DNA of 64,000 nucleotides from Candidatus Dojkabacteria bacterium (lineage in GTDB: Bacteria; Patescibacteriota; Dojkabacteria; J137): the NCBI GenBank assembly GCA_030950485.1, contig JAUZRK010000003.1, forward strand, positions 20,228 to 84,227, given 5' to 3'. Made by a program: the position numbers and the translations under genes. The notes beneath the pieces are model-generated. The model made no database searches. It saw only the letters and a list, made by a program, of their open reading frames with translations, and was not told where the DNA came from. Below, piece after piece: positions 58,770 to 64,000 of the stretch; positions within the stretch are counted from its first letter, which is position 1, and the number at the start of each line of letters is the position of its first letter.

Positions 58770-61760
58770 TTATTGGCATGACTCGCAGTCAGCCCTTTCT
58801 GCAGGGTCTACTGGACAAGCTGTACCAAATACAAGAGTATCACTCTTACTATCTATTTTACTAGTCTGCTTTGCATTAATTCTTTCGTTTTCTGGCTTAT
58901 ATTTTGGCCTAGAAACATTTCCAAATCCTACTCTTGCACCTCCACCTGGAGTTACAGTCGGAGCTTTAACTTCGATCTCTTCTTTATTATCGGGTTTCGC
59001 AAAACCAAATCCTTTTACAGTTTTTGAATTATCTAAAGTTGGTTGTTCATATCTCTTAATGCCACCAAAACCTTTTTTATCAATCTTCTTTGCTTTGTTA
59101 ACCTTGATTGTACTCTGTTCTGCTGTATGTCTTGGCTTTGAGTGTAGATAATAAGTTGTCTTTACTCCTCTTCTCCACGCATCAACATAAATTTCAACCA
59201 TTTCATCAATATCTCTAGTTTCAAGATACATATTTCTACTCATTGCCTGATCCACCCATTTCTGAGCTCTAGAAGCAACCTCTATATAAGCATATGGGGA
59301 AATCTGAAAAGATGTTTTATAAATATCTTTAAGATGCTGTGGAATTTCATCTATATTAGAAATATCTCCATAGTTTTCTAAAACTTTATCTTTCAATTCA
59401 TCCCAAAGACCTAATTCTTTAAGATCTTTTACTAGGTTATGGTTAATATCCAAGAACTTACCATTAGAAGTTGATCTACTGAAAATTTGTGAGAATCTTG
59501 GGTCAATTCCTGGGGAAGTACCAAGCACTAGTCCAGTAGAAGCATTAGGCGCAATTGCCATAGTAGTTGCATTTCTAATACCTCTTTTAACTCTCTCTCT
59601 TAGTTTATTCCAGTCTAATCTTATAGTTCTATCTTGTGTTAATTCAATACCTTCTCCTGGTTTTAAATACTCAGTAGTTTCAGAATTTTTCAGGGCAGAA
59701 ACTTTAGTTGCTGTAATTTCACCAGTTTCAGTTTTCTTACTTTGATCATTTTGATCAATTACGCTGGCCAACATTCCAAAAATTTCATATAAGTCTTTAC
59801 TTTCTTTTGAAGATGCTCCATTAATTCCATCTTCAATTTTATTTCTTATTTGCTCTAGAATTGTCTTTTCTTTAGATACATTTTCATCGTTCTCTGGTTT
59901 TATTTCTGAATAGTTTTTATTAATTTTTTCTATTTCTGTACCTTCTTTAAAAGAGATTCCTAATCTATCAAGAGAAACCTTTTCAACTGTATCAACAGGA
60001 ACATATCCCTTTGACCACATTGATCCTTCAAAATTATTATACGCTCCTCTTTCATCAGCTAAATTACAGCTTTCATCTATTGAAATATAGCTTACAAATT
60101 CAAATACTCTATCTGTAAGTTCAAAAGCCTCGTCTGAATCATATGAAACTCCTAATTTCTCAAATGCCTCTGATAGTCCAGATAAACCCATTCCTACAGC
60201 TCTATTATTATAATCAGAGTTATAAGTTTCTTTTAACGGAGATTTATTTACATCTCCCAAGTTATCCAAATGTCTCATTGTGACTCTTACAGTTTCCTCT
60301 AATAAATCCCAGTCAACTTTATTCTCTATACCTCCATCAGCCTCAAGAGTTAAGTGATTTGTTAGATTTACATATGCAAGATTACATACGGCAATATTAT
60401 CTCTATCTGTTGGTAAAGTAATTTCTGTACATAGATTAGAACAATGTATAGTTCCAGTGTTATTGTTTAATGCCCTTAAATTTATTGTATCTTTCCATGT
60501 TAACCAAGGATGAGCTGTACTTAATAAAGCTGTCAATATCTGTTTCATTTGTTCTCTCGCAGGAACAACTTTGAAATTATTGATTTCGCCAGACTTTGCC
60601 ATTTCTATATACTCTGAGTACCTATTGCTAAATTCATATCCATATAACTCAGTCAGATCTCTACAGTCATCTGGATTAAACATATACCATTCTTCATTAT
60701 TTATTACTCTTTTCATGAACTCATCAGAAATATAAACTGCAGTATTTGCAGTTCTTAATCTTCTATAATCATCTCCAGCATTTTGTCTTAAATCAACAAA
60801 TTCTGGAAAATTTATATGCCAATTCTCCATATAGATAGCCATCGCCCCTGTTTTCTTCCCAGCCCTAGACATTGATTTTAAAGCAGTATCCATTACTTTT
60901 ATAAAAGGAATAGGCCCAGTAGACATAGTATTATTAGACCTTACCTGAGAACCTGCTGATCTTAATTTACTTACTGAAATACCAATTCCTCCAGTTGCCT
61001 TTGAAATCAAAGCTACATTCTTTACATTATCAAATATATGGTTTGTATCATCTTCAGTATCTAAAAGGTAACAGTTACTTAATACTGAAAAAGTAGTACC
61101 AGCTCCAATATTTGTAGATCCTCCAGGAATATATAGTTGTTTTGATAACTTGTCGTAAAAGATTTTTGCTTGCTTTGTTGGCTCACTTTCTTCTAAAGAC
61201 ATTCCCATAGCTATTCTCATCCAAAGGTATTGAGGAGTCTCAAGAAGCTTTTGCTCTCTATTTCTCAACATATACCGATTCGTAGCTGTAGTAAGTCCTA
61301 CAAACTTAAATATGTCATCATTATTTAACATTAAAGCATTAGCAAGTTGGTTCAAATCAAATTTTTCCACTAGCTCTCTATTTAGAAGTTTTAATTCAAC
61401 TCCTTGGTGTATATTTTCTTTAAAACTTTCTCTATATGCAGTAACAAAATTATCATGATCCTTTATATTTAGTATCTCTTTATAATTCTTTAAGTTTAAA
61501 AAACGAGTAGCCAATCTGTCATACTCAACATCGTGTTGGATATTTTGTGTAGTTACTAATATTGCAGTTTCTAAAAGCTGATCAATGTCCATGTCTTCAA
61601 ACACTGTAAGCTCTAGCTCCTCTAATATAGTTTCAACTTTTTCTGCTCTATTAGATAAATCAGCAGTTAACTCATTAAGAATATTTGAAAAAGAATCCCT
61701 ATTAAACGGTACTAGATTTCTCAAATTTCTAAGAGTTTTTATATTAATTAGGCTATTCAT
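58770..61760 (-). CDS. nrdA: Ribonucleotide reductase large (alpha) subunit, class I
   Basis: Active-site block HCSNLCTEITLPT, GGIGISVSKLRSAG finger-loop region, C-terminal Cys pair ...DCESCQ; directly upstream of nrdB. Confidence 0.85.
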   Translation of the reverse strand: MNSLINIKTLRNLRNLVPFNRDSFSNILNELTADLSNRAEKVETILEELELTVFEDMDIDQLLETAILVTTQNIQHDVEYDRLATRFLNLKNYKEILNIKDHDNFVTAYRESFKENIHQGVELKLLNRELVEKFDLNQLANALMLNNDDIFKFVGLTTATNRYMLRNREQKLLETPQYLWMRIAMGMSLEESEPTKQAKIFYDKLSKQLYIPGGSTNIGAGTTFSVLSNCYLLDTEDDTNHIFDNVKNVALISKATGGIGISVSKLRSAGSQVRSNNTMSTGPIPFIKVMDTALKSMSRAGKKTGAMAIYMENWHINFPEFVDLRQNAGDDYRRLRTANTAVYISDEFMKRVINNEEWYMFNPDDCRDLTELYGYEFSNRYSEYIEMAKSGEINNFKVVPAREQMKQILTALLSTAHPWLTWKDTINLRALNNNTGTIHCSNLCTEITLPTDRDNIAVCNLAYVNLTNHLTLEADGGIENKVDWDLLEETVRVTMRHLDNLGDVNKSPLKETYNSDYNNRAVGMGLSGLSEAFEKLGVSYDSDEAFELTDRVFEFVSYISIDESCNLADERGAYNNFEGSMWSKGYVPVDTVEKVSLDRLGISFKEGTEIEKINKNYSEIKPENDENVSKEKTILEQIRNKIEDGINGASSKESKDLYEIFGMLASVIDQNDQSKKTETGEITATKVSALKNSETTEYLKPGEGIELTQDRTIRLDWNKLRERVKRGIRNATTMAIAPNASTGLVLGTSPGIDPRFSQIFSRSTSNGKFLDINHNLVKDLKELGLWDELKDKVLENYGDISNIDEIPQHLKDIYKTSFQISPYAYIEVASRAQKWVDQAMSRNMYLETRDIDEMVEIYVDAWRRGVKTTYYLHSKPRHTAEQSTIKVNKAKKIDKKGFGGIKRYEQPTLDNSKTVKGFGFAKPDNKEEIEVKAPTVTPGGGARVGFGNVSRPKYKPENERINAKQTSKIDSKSDTLVFGTACPVDPAERADCESCQ

Positions 61761-61809
61761 AAATTAAATACGTAAAAAAACAAAAATAAAATCAGTATTA
61801 TGCAAATAA

Positions 61810-61857
61810 ATACTATATGTTGTGTCAGTAAACTAGTCTAAACACAAAATATTGTAC
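61810..61857. promoter_or_regulatory. Two NrdR-box-like 16-bp palindromes, ~32 bp centre to centre, in the nrdA promoter region
   Basis: atactatatgttgtgt (61810-61825; 14/16 to acaCwAtATaTwGtgt) and acacaaaatattgtac (61842-61857; 13/16), 50-100 bp upstream of the nrdA start. Confidence 0.5.
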
Positions 61858-62391
61858 TGTCAACTTCATAAAAATAATTCTCAAATAGTTTTACTGCAAA
61901 AAAAATCGAAGGTATAAATACAAGTTAGCTAACTTTTAGTTAGTCAAGCATTACATTTTCTGTAGATGATTTCACAAGTATTTAACTTGGAAATTTTTAT
62001 AATAAATATTTGTACATTAGTATATATTCCCAAAACTAGTAACCCTATCTCAAGTCATTTTTTCTTGACATGTCTTCTGAAAAGTGGTTTTCTGTATACA
62101 GAAGAAATTCTTCTATTTCTAATAGAATGATTAGAAATTATATTAATTATTATTAATTTAGCCTATTGAACTTACTTTTTTCCCGGTTCGCTTCGAACCA
62201 GACTCTGGACACATAACTGAAAACTGCTTTTAGTTTTCTAGAATTAAGTTTAGTTGTGTGGTGTGTTAATAGTCTTTATTTCTTAACTTTCTAGACTTTA
62301 AAAATTAAGAAAGTAATTTTTAGGTCATTTTTGGCCTGAAATTAAAAATTTTTAATTTCAATACTTAAGATTTATATTTAATAAATAAAAA

Positions 62392-63435
62392 ATGAATTTA
62401 CTTAAAATAAAAAATACCGTATCAGTAGTAGGTGCACTTGCTATTGCTTTCGGAGGATTTGTAGCTTTTTCTGCTAATTCTAATAGAGTTAACGCTGCAG
62501 CTGTTGCAGTAACAGCATCTCCTATTGAGTTTGCTGCTACAACAGCAACAGATGTTACTGTTTCTTTCACTTCAGGTGCTGAATATGCTATCGGTGAAAC
62601 TATTGTTTTAGATGTTGTTTCATCTTCAGCAGCTACACTAGGTGGTGCTTTAACTGACTGTGGTACTGCTACAACAACTGTAGGAGGTGGAGCAGGATCT
62701 TTTGGATTCTCATCTGGAACAGCAACTTATACATTCTCAGCTGCTTCAACAACAGCAACAACAACTGCATCACTATGTATTAGGTTCCCAGCTACAACAG
62801 CTCAAGGTTCTTACTCAATTTCACTAACAGACTCTGTTGGAAACTTCGGAGCTGAATTAGTATACGTAGGAAATGATAACGATGTATTCGTTTCTGCTAT
62901 CGTACGACCAACTTTATCTTTCAATATTAGAAATATAACTGACACTGCAGATACAAATGTTTGTGCTATGGGTGCTGTTGATACATCTTCTCTTCCAACT
63001 GCTGACGCAACAGTTACAGCTGGAGAAGGAGAGTGTGGTTATTCATTAGCTATTGCTACAAATGCAGCTAATGGATTCCAAGCTACTATTCAAGCTGATC
63101 AAGTTTTCCAAAATGGAGCTGCTGATACTATTGCTAACGTTACAAATGGTGCTGCATTCTCAGCAGGTACTGAGGCTTACGGTTTAGCTTGGGTTAACCC
63201 TGGAACAGCTGCTGCTGGTGAAGGTATTACTGAGAACGGAAATTTCTCTACTAACTCTACACCTGTACCACTTTCAGCTACTAATTTCATCTCTGGAACT
63301 GGACCTGTAACTTATACAGCAGGTACTGATGCTACAGATGTAACAGAAGTTGTTCACGGTTTCGCAGTAAGTTCAGCTACTAATACTGGACTATACTCTC
63401 ATACTATTACTTACTATGTAGACGCTACATTCTAA
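62392..63435 (+). CDS. Secreted Thr/Ala/Gly-rich surface protein (347 aa) with codon usage typical of a highly expressed gene
   Basis: Signal peptide (VSVVGALAIAFGGFVAFSANSNRVNAAA). Body dominated by A/T/G/S with GCT/GGT/ACT codons. No LPXTG or C-terminal TM. Confidence 0.6.
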   Translation: MNLLKIKNTVSVVGALAIAFGGFVAFSANSNRVNAAAVAVTASPIEFAATTATDVTVSFTSGAEYAIGETIVLDVVSSSAATLGGALTDCGTATTTVGGGAGSFGFSSGTATYTFSAASTTATTTASLCIRFPATTAQGSYSISLTDSVGNFGAELVYVGNDNDVFVSAIVRPTLSFNIRNITDTADTNVCAMGAVDTSSLPTADATVTAGEGECGYSLAIATNAANGFQATIQADQVFQNGAADTIANVTNGAAFSAGTEAYGLAWVNPGTAAAGEGITENGNFSTNSTPVPLSATNFISGTGPVTYTAGTDATDVTEVVHGFAVSSATNTGLYSHTITYYVDATF

Positions 63436-63463
63436 GTCCTAGATAAGAGTTACTAAGAATTTA

Positions 63464-63497
63464 AAAGAGTCCCGTTTTACGGGACTCTTTTCTTTTT
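63464..63497 (+). terminator. Strong rho-independent terminator after the surface protein gene
   Basis: aaagagtcccg-tttta-cgggactcttt followed by tctttttcc. Confidence 0.85.
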
Positions 63498-63572
63498 CCA
63501 TATTTTTTGATTGATCTCAACTTTGTATTCTAATAAGATATAAAAGCTTATCTTATTTTTTTAATTATTTTG

Positions 63573-64000
63573 ATGAAAGTTAAGAGATTTATAACAATAC
63601 TATTCAGTGCGATAGTATTAACACTACCACTACTTACTGGAAAAGCAGATGCTCAGCAAGAGTCAGCCTTTAGAGGGATTATTCTAGATGAATTTAGATA
63701 TGATCTTGGATTAGTTCAACCTGGAGAAGTAATTCAAAAGTCATTTACTATAAAACATGACTTTCAACCTAGAGAAGATGGATCTGTTAGAGATATAACA
63801 GTTTACCCTGAACCTAGAGATATAGGGCAAGATGGTGATACAAGAACTTTTATCTACGATTTACCTTATGAAACGAGCTTAGCGTCTTGGATAGAACTTG
63901 GACAAACTTCATTCTATTTTGATCAACAAGAGGAAGAAGGTGAAGTAACTTTCACTATAATAGTTCCTCAAAACGCAGAACCAGGCTCTAGGGCTGCAGG
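63573..64000 (+). CDS. Hypothetical secreted protein, partial (runs off window end)
   Basis: ATG at 63573; signal peptide MKVKRFITILFSAIVLTLPLLTGKADAQQ; frame open to 64000. Confidence 0.5.
   Translation, partial: MKVKRFITILFSAIVLTLPLLTGKADAQQESAFRGIILDEFRYDLGLVQPGEVIQKSFTIKHDFQPREDGSVRDITVYPEPRDIGQDGDTRTFIYDLPYETSLASWIELGQTSFYFDQQEEEGEVTFTIIVPQNAEPGSRAA

Noticed and set aside
58770-61760. Intein in the 996-aa NrdA
   Set aside because: Extra length is distributed as low-complexity insertions (K/E/S-rich); no Cys/Ser-initiated Hint block or HN-Cys/Ser junction motifs seen.
62054-62090. TTGACA -35-like hexamer upstream of the surface protein gene
   Set aside because: No acceptable -10 hexamer at 16-19 bp spacing, so not called as a promoter.
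62186-62203. tRNA-like ggttcgcttcgaacc element in the nrdA/surface-protein spacer
   Set aside because: The stem pairs but the loop is only 3 nt; no acceptor/D/anticodon arms could be built, so it is not a tRNA.
1-64000. CRISPR arrays, rRNA genes, tRNA genes, IS elements and integrases
   Set aside because: No regularly spaced direct repeats or rRNA-like conserved blocks were seen. No canonical tRNA T-arm/anticodon structures, transposase or integrase motifs turned up in any ORF.

Overview
The window is AT-rich (roughly 30% G+C by eye) and from a bacterium with a reduced, Gram-positive-like gene complement. The anchor is a nearly complete S10-spc ribosomal protein operon on the minus strand (rpsJ through secY, ~1.3-12.3 kb), followed by tuf. 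The operon lacks rpmD (L30) and stops at secY, with none of the usual adk, map, infA, rpmJ, rpsM, rpsK, rpsD, rpoA or rplQ genes after it. Several r-proteins carry lineage-specific extensions. Together with the coding lesions and the atypical DnaG, RNR and EF-Tu noted below, this points to a CPR/Patescibacteria-like or similarly streamlined symbiont, though that is an inference from the sequence alone. 

Downstream lies an unexpected operon for the terminal Phe/Tyr branch. It encodes a frameshifted DAHP synthase, chorismate mutase, prephenate dehydrogenase, two prephenate dehydratase paralogs and an aminotransferase. Embedded in it are two unknown proteins (450 aa, noticeably GC-richer, and 118 aa) plus a 44-codon micro-ORF. 

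Next comes the most enigmatic locus. A 79-aa Nif11/NHLP-leader-like peptide ends exactly at a Gly-Gly before its TGA stop. It converges on a 1115-aa protein with no recognisable domain. That large gene is transcribed divergently from an M50 (site-2-protease-like) membrane metalloprotease gene. 

The rest of the window includes:
- a UbiB/ABC1 kinase;
- an ABC-F ATPase split into two translationally coupled halves;
- several lesioned genes, namely a COG1237-type MBL-fold protein and a PPDK-like PEP-utilising enzyme that lacks the nucleotide-binding domain;
- truB, msrB, rpiB, a GT4 glycosyltransferase and a 795-aa membrane-anchored partner;
- a dnaG whose zinc-binding ligands are all substituted;
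- rpmH, rnhB and an orphan SufBD fragment;
- a 971-aa cysteine-rich secreted protein with Myxococcus-type cysteine repeats, placed next to a DsbB/BdbC oxidoreductase;
- rplS, an ECF-type sigma factor, an alpha/beta hydrolase and an XRE regulator;
- a class Ic (Chlamydia-type, Glu/Phe-substituted) ribonucleotide reductase operon nrdA-nrdB with tandem NrdR-box-like palindromes in its promoter;
- a Thr/Ala/Gly-rich secreted surface protein with distinct codon usage.

I saw no CRISPR array, rRNA, tRNA or obvious mobile element. All functional calls rest on motif recognition in the supplied translations; no database search was possible.
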